Shown here in pieces: positions 13,139-29,877 of a DNA stretch of 64,000 nt. Origin of the DNA: the human T2T-CHM13v2.0 reference genome, Homo sapiens. The notes beneath the pieces were generated by a model. The model did not search any database and was not told the origin of the DNA. It worked only from the letters and a program-made list of their open reading frames with translations. Location: the NCBI RefSeq assembly GCF_009914755.1, contig NC_060937.1. One strand, written 5' to 3'. The position numbers were made by a program, and so were the translations under genes. The number at the start of each line of letters is the position of its first letter. Position 1 is the first letter of the stretch.

Positions 13139-13290
13139 GTAGGAACTATTACTGTTCTCGTTTTGAAGACCAGGAAACCTAGGCTCAGAGACGTTAAGTA
13201 ATTTGCCCAAGACAGCACAGGTGGCACAGAAGTGGATGAATCCACATCTGTCAGATTCAGCAGCCCTGGAGTTCTCTACCACGCTGTACG
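13075..13290 (-). mobile_element. MIR overlapping the DLEU1 exon 1 donor
   Basis: gcgctttaca...aacaactttaccaggtaggaactattact...aggaaacctaggctcagagacgttaagtaatttgcccaag aligns with the antisense MIR consensus. Confidence 0.8.
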
Positions 13291-13335
13291 ATTCAACCTG
13301 AGCCCACACAGGAGGCGTGGTCTCCTTCTTCAACG

Positions 13336-13359
13336 GTGTGTGTGTGTGTGCGCGCGCGC
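13336..13359. repeat. (GT)n(GC)n alternating purine-pyrimidine tract
   Basis: gtgtgtgtgtgtgtgcgcgcgcgc. Confidence 0.9.
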
Positions 13360-13599
13360 CTGCCTAGAGTTAATGATTAAGTTTGCTGAAGCCCTTCTTC
13401 CCGGTCCTAAGCTGCCTGTTGCGAAGGCGCTTTCATTGAATTCAGTTTCTCTTACCGTCTTAACTTGTTCATAAACTTTTTGAGATAGGAATGGGCAGTT
13501 TTTCTGTGTCACTTAGGATGATTTTTTTTTTTAATGGCGTGATAAGTGAACTGAATCCAGCAAAGACGAGTTTCTGTTGTGCAACACGTTGGTATACTG

Positions 13600-13815
13600 A
13601 CAGCTACCACGTATTGACTGTGTACTGTGTGCTGGGCACTGTGCTAAATAAATGATTTACGAATTAATCGTGTTTATTGCTCACAACAGCCTTATGAAGT
13701 AGGTATTATCTTCACTTTACAGATGAGGACACCTGAGGTTCAGATTAAGAAATCTGCCCCAAAGTCTTAGAACTGGTAAGTAGAAGCACCATATCTAGGC
13801 AAACCTGTCTACCTT
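13600..13815 (-). mobile_element. MIR
   Basis: tgtgctgggcactgtgctaa...ctcacaacagccttatgaagtaggtattatc...ttacagatgagga. Confidence 0.8.
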
Positions 13816-13857
13816 CAAAAAAAATGGGCACTCTGATAGGACAATTAACGATAATAA

Positions 13858-14162
<305 letters not shown>

Positions 14163-14394
14163 TAAAGTTGTAAATATTTTAAAACCTTCATTGTGAATGT
14201 TAAATAAGAGAGTAGATATGAAAGTGCCTGAAGTACTAATAAGGAAGTGGGAGAAGGGTAGCATGGTTTGCATTATTTAAGTGTCTTGGAAAAGAAATGG
14301 ATTTTAGCAATTTGAGATCAGCAAGAAGTAACGTGGCAGAGTAGTATAAATACACTACTTAATCTCTGGTACTTTTTTGCACTACTTAAGTGGG

Positions 14395-14592
14395 CCGACT
14401 CTGGAACCGAGCTGCCTGGGTGAATCCCAGCTCCACTACTTACTAGCTGTGCCTTGTTGGGTAAATTATCTGTTGGACCTTTTGTAAAACAAGTACTATT
14501 AATACCTCATTGGACTGTTGTAAGGATGTAAATGAGCTAACATATTAAAGGAATTTCAACAGTGCTTGGCATATTAGTAAATGTTTGTTATT
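14395..14592 (+). mobile_element. MIR
   Basis: aatcccagctccactacttactagctgtg...aacagtgcttggcatattagtaaatgtt. Confidence 0.7.
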
Positions 14593-14677
14593 GTCAGTCA
14601 GTCATTGATCTTTTAAACTGGCTTCTTTAATGGTTGTTCAAAAATCAAACTACAGTTAGTGCCTTTAGGGGTCAGCA

Positions 14678-14959
<282 letters not shown>

Positions 14960-15419
14960 GGGGTTAGCATTCTTATTCAAGAGCTCCTTAAAATGATAAA
15001 TCAAACTGACAAATGATTTTTCCCAAATATGAATAATGATCCCTGTTAGGCAAATAAGGATGTTAATTTATTTTACCATCTCATAAGAATAATACCTGGA
15101 AATGGAATAGATTTATTGCTTTTTCTGATTGTTAAGGTTAAAAAACCGAGGCCCATCTAAAATATATATAAAGTAAAAATCATCCAAATTTCTAGCATTC
15201 AGGGATAACCACATATTGTTTGTACTTTAAAAATATAATGTACCTGTGGGGACAATCAGCTAGGGGGGGTCTGGATAAGTGGTATATTTGGGAGACATGT
15301 GTAAAATTGTACTAGAACTTACAAATAGGTAAGTAGCACAATCTGGTTTCCTCACTGTAGAATTTTTTATCTTAGTCCCCTTTTAGATATAATATGTCAA
15401 GAGAATTCTAAAGTGATGA

Positions 15420-15570
15420 TGATAAATGATAACATTTATTGAAGACCTAATATGTGTCAGACACTGGGCTAAGCATGTACATGCATTTTTCCATCGAATC
15501 ATCATGTAACTCATTAAGTGGGTGCAATTATCTCTATTTTGCAGAGACTAAAGTTTATGTGTAAGTCACT
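15420..15570 (-). mobile_element. MIR fragment
   Basis: aacatttattgaagacctaatatgtgtcagacactgggctaagc. Confidence 0.6.
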
Positions 15571-15749
15571 TTTAGAAGATTTAAGTCTAATTGTGTTTAA
15601 AGTCTTATTTAAGAAAAAATCTTTCATGAAAGCTTCTTGATTTGCTAAAATGGGAGAAAACAAAATCAACTAACATACAGTAGTTCCTATGCCTGAACAG
15701 AGAGCCCGATTGTAAAAAACGGTCTTTTGAAAACTAAGAATTTTATATT

Positions 15750-15768
15750 TGACCACAAGGGGGTGCAA
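15750..15768 (+). promoter_or_regulatory. CTCF motif
   Basis: TGACCACAAGGGGGTGCAA versus consensus TGGCCACCAGGGGGCGCTA. Confidence 0.65.
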
Positions 15769-16301
15769 ATTCCTGAGTTAAATTTCAAAGGAAAAACGGG
15801 AAAAGTGCTTTTACTTTAGACCATCAAATTCGTGGGTTAAAACTAGTAAGAATTCCTGCCTGGAACTTTAATACCCTACAAAGTAATGTACTTTATAAGA
15901 AGAAAGAACTCAATTACTTAGGTGCTCAATTAGGGCAGAAGTGTCAGCTTGCTTTCTTCAATACAGTCAAGAGTTAATCATCCCTCCCCCACCCCTTTCC
16001 ACTCACAGTTAGTTTGTGTCTCTGCATACCCCTCTTTACTTGTCAATAAGAGTAGAACTGAAGTCATAATTTAAAATCTGGGGTTTTGCTCTTGGAAACT
16101 GAAATGCAATCACCAGCTAATGGATGCTAAATATGGGTAGTGTGAAGAACAGAGGTCTTGTAATTTCTATGCTTTTTTTCCCTCCTGCTGAAGTTTATAA
16201 TGAGTAAGCTACAACTGATGCAATGTTGGCTTCAACATATTAACTTATTTAGATAAAACTGTGAAAGCTATAGGTCTGTTCATCTTTCAAGAAAGAATGC
16301 A

Positions 16302-16661
<360 letters not shown>

Positions 16662-17044
16662 TTAGCAGGGTTTTCAACTTCCTTTTATTTTCGTGTTGGT
16701 CTTGTTTCTCTGAGATGGGACTTAATTTAAAAAATACAACTTTTTTTGGAAATAATTTCAAATTTACAAAAAGTTACAATATTAAAAAGAGTTCAAAGAA
16801 CATCTATATCATTTGCTTGCTCTTGTACATGGGTGAGTTTTCTTTTTCTCTCTCTCTCCATATACACAGTCTATAAAAAACACACAGAGGAAAAATACAA
16901 GAAAAAAACTTTCAACCCATATCAAGGTTTTATGATTATAGTTAAAAATATACATATCAAAAAGTCAAACTAAAATTTTGCAGTGTTGACACTGCCAAAC
17001 TATTCTTTTAAGGAACATTGGTGTTCTATCAGCTAGTCCAGTGA

Positions 17045-17193
17045 TTTTTGTTTTTTTAAGAGACAGGGTCTCTCTATATTGCCCAGGCTGGCTTCAAACT
17101 CCTGGACTCAAGTGATCGTCCATTCAGCCTTACAAGTAGCAGGGACTGTAGGCAAGTGCCACTGCACCCAGCTCAGTGATTCTTAAACTTTGA
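17045..17193 (-). mobile_element. FLAM / Alu left monomer
   Basis: Single-arm Alu-like sequence. Confidence 0.8.
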
Positions 17194-17323
17194 AAATGTG
17201 TTGAAAGTTATAGACCCTTTCTCTAGAATCATGCATGTATGTGAATAGTTTGCATATAGTTTCAGAGGTGGATGATGGTCCATGGAGTTCCTGAAGAAAA
17301 GTAAAGGAAAAATTATTCATACA

Positions 17324-17822
17324 TATGGTAGGCAGAATAATGGCCTACCAAAGATGTCCAAAGATGTACATGTCCTAATCTCTCTGGGATTTGTGAATAT
17401 GTTATGTTACACGGTGAGAGATAATTCAAGTTGCAGATAAAAATTAGGGTTGCTACTCAGATGATCTGAAAATAGATTATTCTGGATCACCTGAGGAGGC
17501 CTAATTACATGGTCCTTTAAGTGTGTAAAGGGGAAGCAGAAGAATCCGTGTCAATGATGAGATGTGAGAAAGCCATTGCTGACTCTGAAGGTGGAAGGAG
17601 GCCATGAGCCAAAGAATAGTTCATGAGCTCTAGAAGCTGAAAAAGGCAAGAAAACAGACTCTTTAGGAATGCAGCCATGCCGACATCTCTATTTTAGCCC
17701 GCTAAGACCCATTTTGAATTTCTGACCTCCAGAACTGTAAGATAATACATTTCTGTTGTTTTAAGCCACTAAGTTTATGGTAATTTGTTTAAGGTAATTT
17801 TAAGGCATTAGGAAACTAATAA
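17324..17822 (+). mobile_element. MaLR solo LTR (MLT1C/D-like)
   Basis: ggtaggcagaataatggcc...ctgacctccagaactgtaagataatacatttctgttgttttaagccactaagttt...ggaaactaat. Confidence 0.8.
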
Positions 17823-17855
17823 AGGATGTGAACAGTCATTTTGTATGTGTGTTGA

Positions 17856-18152
<297 letters not shown>

Positions 18153-18900
18153 TTCTGTAATTTTTTGCTTAACAAATCCATAAAAAGTACTTCTTTATCT
18201 TTTTTAAAGGTCTGTGAAGTGTCAGACCTCAAGATGGACAACTATTTAATTAGATATAGCATCTTATCTACTACTGAAATTATATTCCTACACAATTTAC
18301 TGAAATTTCTTGGTAAGAATGTGATGAGCTTTTCCCAAAAATTTACCCATCTACATTCCCTTTATAAAACGCAACCTTTTGATTTACAGTTATGTTGACA
18401 ATATCTTTGTTCTGTCAAGTATCTTGGATAATTTCTTCTCCCTGTAGCTAATTGACAGATTAAAAACAATTAGAAAATTCTCCTCAGAGGTTATTTAAAC
18501 AGTATATAATTATATGCTTTACTTAGGTATCAGCTTAAGAGAATAAACTGTTTAGAAACAGATTTATTTTGCAGTTGGTAGATTATTTTAATGGAAGATC
18601 AATACAGGTACTTAATTATCTATAAATGTTTTGTGAGCAAGAAACTTTTTGTGATTTTTTTTTTTAAAGGATACCAATATTAGTTACATGGGGGAAAATT
18701 TATACACACATCAGGAAATGTACTTGTTTTAGGAAATTTACATGGTTTAGAGCTCCAATTTCTAGAAGTGGTTAGAACAGATTCATATATAGCATTTTCA
18801 ACTTTGATTCTCTGAATATACTGAGTTAAGATTTTTTTTCCTATATGAGGAGTTATTTTGCTTACAGTATCCTTGACCACAAATCATGGAACTAAACTAA

Positions 18901-19366
<466 letters not shown>

Positions 19367-20945
19367 TGAAACACTGCTTTTGAAATAATATATACTTTGT
19401 GAGAGCTTAATAAAGGAAATTTAGCCTATTCAGGATTGGAATCATAGAATCTTAAGAGTTAAAATATGTCTCTTCTTACTGCCACCCATTGTCTAAGTGT
19501 CCCCTGAGGCTACTGAGAACAAATTTATTCTCACCTACCTACAGTAACCCTTTAAATATGATCATTATTTTTTTGAATCATGATGACAGCAGAATTCCCA
19601 CTCCCAAACATCCTTTAATGGCTTCTTTAATGTGTCTTTAATTGTTTTATGCTCTTAAACCCTTCACCATCTTGGTTTCCTTCTTCTGGTTATTCTTGTT
19701 TAACAAGGCCCCTCTCAAACAGTGACACCCAGAATGGTATTAATTACATATATATACTATATATAGTCTGAAATATACCATGGGTGGGTATTAACTTTTT
19801 GTCCTATCCATTACAATTTTTGTATTTTGAGAACAATTTTAGGTCGTAACAGGGACTCATAAATAATGGAAATGGATGTATTGGAAATGTATCAAAAGAA
19901 AGTTTTAAAAGTTTTAACATAAACTACAGGAGTAAAAAACTTAAAAATTACAACTTATGACTTTCTCAGAGACTTTATTGAGTTGGGATGAACTGGAAGT
20001 TGTGGAGGATAGGGAACCAGGAATCTATTACATTCATGTCTTATTTATTTTTAATAAACTGGAGTAAAATTGAGACTGGTCTGTAGGAGATATGACTGCG
20101 GATGTGTGATCAGTTGTCTAAGACAGTTGAGCCTCATACTACATTTCTATTCTTAATATGTAAAATGTATTTCTTATAGTACAAATCCCTTTTGGCTAGG
20201 AAATTCTTATATGTTTAAAATAAATTAACCTTTTAAGGCAGCTCTGAAGAAGTAATTTATTTTAAATAGGTGAGCAGTTTATAGCTCTTATGGGAATACT
20301 TTTTCCTTATTTTTTCATCATAGGATTAGACCCTGTGTTTTTAATTTAAGTCCTTTAATTTTTGCTGTTAATGTTTAATTTACTTGATGACCCCGTACTG
20401 TTAACTTTTGACCAAGTGAACTTGGGACAGTATATACAAACTGTTTACCTAATTTTAAGGAAACTCTTTTAAAAATAAGATAGGTTTGATGTGAAACAGA
20501 ACATTAAATTCATTTCAACTTTCCATGTAGAAAAATATCATATGTATTTAATCAAATAACTTTTCCCCCCTTATTGGAGGATGTATTTTTATCAGCATGG
20601 AGGTTTTTTGTTTTTTAATAATTAGATGTTTATGCCATTGGCAAAACAACCCAAAGCTGACCATGACCAAACTGCAATACTTTTAATAAACTAAAAGACT
20701 ACTAATATAGTAGATATAAAACCCTTTCCTGATAAGAAATTTTTATAGCGTATGACTGAATCTAACAATTCTCCCTCTACCTTTATTTATGCTCGTTTAC
20801 TTTCTTTTATAGAAAATTGAAATTCCTAAAGTTTAAGTTTTTAGATGTAAAAAATGTTAGTATATACAGTTAAATTAAGTTCAAGGTTTCTTTTAAACCA
20901 CTTGATGTAATTTACTTTGTATATAGCTTTTATTTGCCTTTTTAA

Positions 20946-21279
<334 letters not shown>

Positions 21280-22352
21280 TAGACCTGTGGACTTGCTTTT
21301 GAACATTTTCTCCCCTAATTATAGAATACATGTGCATTAAAGAAAACAGAAAAAAATCAGGAATGATTGGAAGGCATTGCTTCTGAAGGCCTCTTAACAA
21401 TATACCTCTCTCCTCATCTCCTTTCCCAGTTGACCAAAGAAGGCTCCGTGTTTGTCTTTTATGTATATTAGCATGATTGAACTTCATCCATTTAGCCTTA
21501 TTGAATACTGTACTTTGTTTCTCTTCAGGAAAATTACAGTTTGATATCTTGTGGGACAGAAGGTTTCATCTTTCAGTCATCAGAGAGCAAAGTAGGAAAG
21601 ACTTAGAGAGGCAAAGTCCCTCTGCACCTAAGGATACACTATTTTTACTCTAAGGGGGCCATGAGGGTTTATTTACTTTCATCATTTTGGGGTGAGGAAT
21701 GGTTAGAAACTGAGGGAGCATAAATAGGTTAAGTATTATCCATGACAGTAGGGTGGGAGTTAATGGAAGCTCATTTATAGCAGTTCTACTTCCTGATTTA
21801 TGGGTATGTGTGGTGCATTTTAAAGAGATTCTGGTGAACTAACAAGGTGTAATAATTGTATTTTGTTATATATCATATTATTGACTGCCGGACTGCTTAA
21901 CATGCAGCTTAATAATTATTATGGATATCTTTAAATATGCCACATTCACTTTATTCAGAAGTGAACTGATAAGCAACAAGCTGCCATGTGCTGAACAGTA
22001 TTAGGTACTGGGATAAACAAGGGTTTTAAATGCTGAGAATAGTGTAAGCTATATATGTTTCTGTATAGCCTTCATGGTTTGCTAATAAGGTAATCTGTTG
22101 TCATTTCATAATTGAAATACTAGGGGGAATGTTGTAAAAATGCTCTTTATTATTGTTATTTAAATGGAAGTATTTTGTGTGGTTTTATAGTCATGGTGGG
22201 AAATCATGAGTTTTTGGACTAGGGTAGTGATGGTTGGGATAGAAGATGAGGGAAAAATCTGTAATGCCTCCCTGGTCCCTGGCCTGGTTGTAGAGTACAA
22301 TGGTGGTATCATTAACCAGGACAGGGACAAGTGGAGGAGGCTCATGGCTTTT

Positions 22353-22375
22353 GAGAGAGAGAGAGAGAGAGAGAG

Positions 22376-22423
<48 letters not shown>

Positions 22424-22425
22424 TA
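22353..22425. repeat. Compound (GA)n(GT)n microsatellite
   Basis: Read directly from the sequence. Confidence 0.95.
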
Positions 22426-22975
22426 TGTTTATGGGTGTGAGATGGAACGCTGGGACATGAGAGGGAGATGACAAGTCCAGTGAGGACATTTTGAATATGA
22501 AAGATTAAGCACTCATGGGATACCTAAGTAGGGAAGTTCAGTAAGGAGCTCAATATATACGACTGAGGCTTAGGAGAAAGGCCTGGGCTGGAAATGGATA
22601 TCACTAAATAGGTGGTAGTTCAGATTATGAGGGAAATGGATGCCATTGCTCATAGAGACTAAACATAGAGGAAATGAGAACCAAAATTAGTAAATGGGCA
22701 AAGTAAGAGGAAGCAGCAAAAGACTGAGAAGGAATGGCTGAGAGAGGGGCAGGAACACCAACAGAGCTCAGAGTTAAAGGAGCCAGTGGTAGAGAGGTTT
22801 CAAAAGGAAAGAAGTCAGGAGTGTCAGAAGGTAAAGACAGGCCAAGTAAACTGAAAAAGATAAAAGGATTTGGCAGTTCTGTCATTAGTAATGTTTGCCA
22901 GAACACTTTCAATGAAACAATGGTGGCAGAATTCTGTTTGTGTTGAGTTGAAAAGTATATTAAAATAGGGAAAGG

Positions 22976-23279
<304 letters not shown>

Positions 23280-24681
23280 GAGAATGGTTACAATAAATGT
23301 GTATTATTTCAAGGCTCTTGACATTTTCTTAAAAACAAAAGATGATAATTTTAGGGAGGAGGTTACAGAATAGAGTAGGAGATCTACAAGAGAAGAGAAC
23401 TTAACATTTTTATAAAGTATGGGGACAGAGTCATCAGAGAGGAGAAATTAGAAAGGTATAGTGAGATCTAGTAGGAGATAAGGGTGCAGGTAAAGGAATT
23501 AACCCAGAAAAGAGAAAGGATACCTTTTCCTCTGAGACTAGAAGGGAACAGGTAAGATGGTTTTATGTATAACTTGTAAATCTAGAGCAGGAAGTTGAGG
23601 GAATTCATAGCTAATAGTTTTAGTTTTTATTTTTTTTCTGATAAAGGAGTCATAAAAGAGATAAGGGTAGAGCTGAAGTAGCAAGTTTGAGTTGAAGTAA
23701 GATGGTACAAAATATATGCTCTAGGTAATGGGAGAGGGAATTAATGAGGGAGGAAGGTTGTTAGCAGAAGAGGGTGATGTACCTGAGAACCTAGGCTGGA
23801 TAGGAAAAGACACAAAGCATGTGGGAGATTGTAGTTTGAAGAAATGAGATTGTAGTTTGAAGAAATGAGGAATGGGTATCAAAATTAGGTAAGAAAGCAG
23901 GTATTTAGGGAGTAATGGAGTAAAAAAACTGCAAGGATAAGTAGTTGTAGTCAGAGATCAATATATTGGACTCTTAAGGCTGTAGAATAATTTCTTGGTT
24001 ATCAGAAGATAGAGGGTGTAGCTTTGGGTATGGATTACTGAATGAAGTGGTTTTATGGAGTCAGAGTTCATAGTTTTTCAATGGGTTTTCCATATGGACA
24101 CTGAAGTGGGAGGTGATGGCAGAAAATGCAGGGGAGGCAGATACTGTCAGCAAAGGGCCAGAGTCCTCAACAAAATGGAATGACTGGGTAATTAATAAGA
24201 ATGAAAGAAAGGAGTAAAAAATTCCCAAGATTGTTCATCATGCCTTTTTTTTTTCCTCGTAAATTAAGAGACATGAGGGTAAGGACTATGTCTGAATTAA
24301 TCCAACAAATGCAAATATTTGTTGAATTAATAAGTGAATGATAAACTCATGTTGAATAAGTATTTCAGAAAACTTGTTTTTTTCTTATTATAAGTAGTCG
24401 ATATTAAAGAAAATACAAATAAGCAGGATGTAGGAAAAAATAATCCCATCAGCCAGAAATACCTACCCCCAACACCCTTTGTTATTAAACTTTTTGCTTA
24501 AATCTGTTTGTTGTTCATATATTTTTTTCCTAGCAATATTCAGTTGTACACTTTAACATCTAAATAAGTATTTTCTTATGGAATATAAGGATGTACTATA
24601 ATTTAAGCAGTTCCTTATTTTGGGGCATTTATATTGATTCCACCCAAGTTTCTTCAACTGGTAAAACGAAAAACCTAATAG

Positions 24682-25109
<428 letters not shown>

Positions 25110-25881
25110 ATAATAGCTAAATTTTTGCCTTACTTATTTTCTTAGGATTCTTAGAAGTAGATTTTCTAGGAGGGGCTTCATAGAGATCCTATTTATCTTT
25201 ATTTTAGGGCCATTTCTAACAGGCTTGTTTATGTGCATTCCATCCAGGATTGGAATCCTGGACAATGGACAGTGTTGCAGGTATTGACTGATGCAGGCAT
25301 GCTGACAGCCACAAAAGTGAGAACTGTTAGTCACAGGTCCTTCTTCACAAAAAGAATGATGGGTATTTTTAAAACTTGGAATCAAGTATAGTTTTCATGA
25401 GCACAGTAAGAGATGATTCATGAGCTGAATACAGGATATAGTAGTCAATTCAGAAATGCATATTCAAATTAAATAAAAAACTCTTACAATAGTCTATATT
25501 TGTTGATAATACTGAACTTTAGTAGAGGTTTTTTTCCATAAATTTTAAAACTGTGGCAAAATACTCATGAAGTTTATCAACTTAACCATTTTTAAGTGTA
25601 CAGTTCAGTGGTATTAAATACATCCATTATGTTGTAACCATCACCACCATTCATCTTTGTAACTAGTAGAGGTATTAATATACCAATCTTGAATAGTCAT
25701 CAAAGTCACTCTACCTCAAACTTTTCCACAAAAGTATGGTTAGTAGCAGAGAGGAGTGAACAATTGCCTTAAAAACTTGGTCCCAAGCTAGAATTCTTTT
25801 TAGCTTCATGTTTTGTCTTAAATTTAATGTAAATGTAGTGTTACATACCATAATGTTCCTATATTTAGTAAAATACAATGA

Positions 25882-26280
<399 letters not shown>

Positions 26281-26552
26281 TGATTGATGTTCACCCTCTT
26301 CAAATGTGAGTGTCACAGAAACTGAAATTCACAGAGTAAAAATTTAGAAGTATCCTTTTATATTATATTTGCTCTAGTAATCAAGCATACTTCATCATTA
26401 TTAATGCTATGAGACAATCTTATTGTACAAATAAAGAGAATGATTTCATGTGCTGGCTAGGGCCATAGCCCCACCTTTCCAAAGAGTATCAACTTTTCAA
26501 CTATCCATGCATTATGACTCCAGAGACTTGTAAACCCTCTCAGGTGTAATAA

Positions 26553-26847
<295 letters not shown>

Positions 26848-29800
26848 CAGCTGTAATAATTTTGTTCTTCATGCCTGATCCCATTTCAGGAGATTGGTTA
26901 TTACATTGAAGGACAGTAGCAAAATTGGAACTAAAGTCTGAGTCTCTTAACTCCTAGTTGAGGGTCTTTCCAATTACACCAAAAGGAAAAGAGTTACATA
27001 TAACAAGAGATAAGACTTACTCCTACCTGCCCCCACAAAACCACTTTAAGCCATCCTAAGAACGGTCTCTTTTTTCTCCCTCCCTCTCTCCTTCCCTTCA
27101 CCTTTCCTTTCTTCTTCTTCTTACCTTTTTTGGGGGTAACTCCCAACCACCCCAGTTCTCAGAATTAAAAGGTTAAGAATATTTTAGTACTCTTCAAGAT
27201 ACAAAGTAGACTATTAGAGTTTTTTGTTGTTGTTTCTCAAGCTTGGGACATAAAGCTCAGAGATCAGAACAACAGAATTTTTGAAAGGAATAGATAGGAT
27301 ACATGAAAAAGGCTGCTGGAATATGAAAAAACTGGAGTAAAAATAAGCAAATCAATACTTCTGAAATGAAGCCTTCATTGGTAGAAAAGAGTGTAGGTCA
27401 CAAAAATGAATTAGCAGAAGTTCTTGATTTCTAATTATTGAAGATTCCTATCTAGTGGTATTCTAATATGCTTACCAAATTATGAGTTGCATTACTTTTT
27501 AAAAACCTAAAACCAAGTCAAGATTTACAGAGTGACCCCAGTTTATTTTGTTTGGTAAGTTTTCAGTTCCAGTTATTAGGCAAAACAAAAATTGCTAATA
27601 CGTAACAATGCTGAAACAGGCGATTGGTAGAATAAAACAAAAGGGATTCATACAGCTTTTGTACTGTCTTCTTGAAAAAGTCATATTTGGCCATAAAAGC
27701 TAATACATGCTTTAGGAATGGAAATGATTTAACCTGATTTTTTCAAGTAAGATTTGTTCAAGAATAATGGGCTTATGTTGTCAGTTGTGGGTTCAAGCAG
27801 TAATTCACTTTGGACTGCTTCTATTCAACAGTATGCTGTCTGTACGTAAAGAGTTACATGGAATTTAATTTTAGCATTGGAATCTATTTGAGATACCATT
27901 ATCTTTTATATTCAAATGAAAAATTATGGGCCTCTAGAATTAAGTGTTACTAACCTGATATAGATAGAATAATAGCTGTATCAAAAGGAAAAAAGCAAGG
28001 ATAATATGTGTATAGGGTTTGAATCATACAGTCTCACTAGAGATGTGTTTTTTAAAATTGTGAATGTTTGTTGATTCATTCAAAACCGTTTGAAAATTGT
28101 GAGGGAGCCAGAAAAGGGGAGAATATTTGGATGTATAATTTAGATGTATAGTTTGCTTGCTTATCAGGGAATAGTTAAGTTCCTTTTTTTTCTGTATATT
28201 TTAGTTGGTGAAATTAACAGTTTTTGTTCTTTTAGATTACCCTGTAAAAGAACATGGCATTTTATAGATGAGATAATTGAGGCTTATACATGTTGAGTTA
28301 TAATGTGTGGAGGAGTCTGATGTGCATCCAAGTCTGTCTGCCCCTAATGTCTCTGTTTTTAACCATTATCCTCAGAATGAAATACATTCATATAGTAGAG
28401 ACCAATTCTTAAACAGAAGTCATCTTTACTCACAAAATTAATCTGTGAAGTACCCACTGTTCTCAGTTTCTCTCCCTCTCACTTTTTCTTTCTAGTGCTT
28501 TGCAGTTTTTAATGAAAGTGAATATTTTTTTCAGAAATTATTATTTTCATGTTTTTTATTAGAGGATTAAATTTGTTGCTAAGATCATTTAGTAAGTCTT
28601 TTGCAGTCTTTTAAGATTAGACTTAAGTGTAAACTTAAAGATTGCCTTGAAGTATATTATTTAGCTATATTGCATTATTATTCCTTATGTAATGAGCTAT
28701 AGACTGAGCACTCCTTGACAAATCACAAGAATAAGACCCAAAGAATCAAACTTTCCCAAGTAACTTAACTGCATCCCAGGACAAAACTCAGGAACATTTA
28801 GAGGAACAGAAGACTATCCAGCAGCCAACAGATAAAATTCACAATGCCTTGCCAGGCACACAAAGAAGCCAGAAAAAATAATCCACAATGATGAAAACAA
28901 TCAATCATCTGAAAGTGACCTTAAGCAGAGAAAGATGTTAGAACTAGTAAAGACATTGAACATTATTATAGCTATATTCTATATTTTCAGAAAGTAGAGA
29001 CATGAAAGACATTTTTAAAAACTCAATGCAGTTCTAGGGATGAAAACTACAATATCTGAGATCTACTAATGGTATTTGTAGCAGATTAGACATGGCAGAA
29101 GAAAAGGTTAGTGAACTTGAAGGATATAGCAAAAGAAACTACTCAAAAATGAAAGAGAAAAAAGAATGACAAAAGCATCAGTGAGCTATGGGACAAACTT
29201 ACAGAATCCTTATGTAAACATAATCAGAGGCATCAAAGGAGAGGAGAGGCAGATACAAAAGGGATATTTGAAAAAGTAATGGCCAGAATTTTCAAATTGG
29301 ACAAAAACTATTAACTCACAGATCCAAGAAGCTCAACAAGAAGAAAACTACACCAAGGAATGTCATAATCAAATTATTCAAAGCCAATTATAAAAAATAT
29401 GGAAAACAGCCACATGTTATAGAGTAACAAAGATAAGGTTGACAGCAGATTTCTCATTAGAAACATTGCAAGTGAAGAGACAGTAGAACATAAAGTACTG
29501 AAAGAAAAAAATGTTAACCTCAGCAAAATATCATTCAAAAAACAAAGGCAAAATAAAGATGTTTTCAGACATACGAAAACAACTCTTTACCATCAGGTAG
29601 ACTGAAGGTAGACTGTGGTAGGGTGAAGATGTATACTGCCCTAGGGCAACCAGTAGAATAACAAAACAGTTATAGCTAATAAGTCAACAAAGGAGATAAG
29701 ATAGAATCACAAAAAAATACTCAACCCAAAAGAAGGTGGAAAAAGGAACAAATAAGTAGTGAAACTAATAGAAAAATGGCAAGGCAATAGACTGTAATCA

Positions 29801-29877
29801 TATCAGCAATCACATTAAATGCATATTATCTAAATATCCCACTTAAAAGGCAAAGATTGTCAGATAAAAAGCAAGAC

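Noticed and set aside
12920-13333. 137-aa minus-strand ORF
   Set aside because: Its central part is a typical MIR translation (LGKLLNVSEPRFP...). Used only as support for the MIR call.
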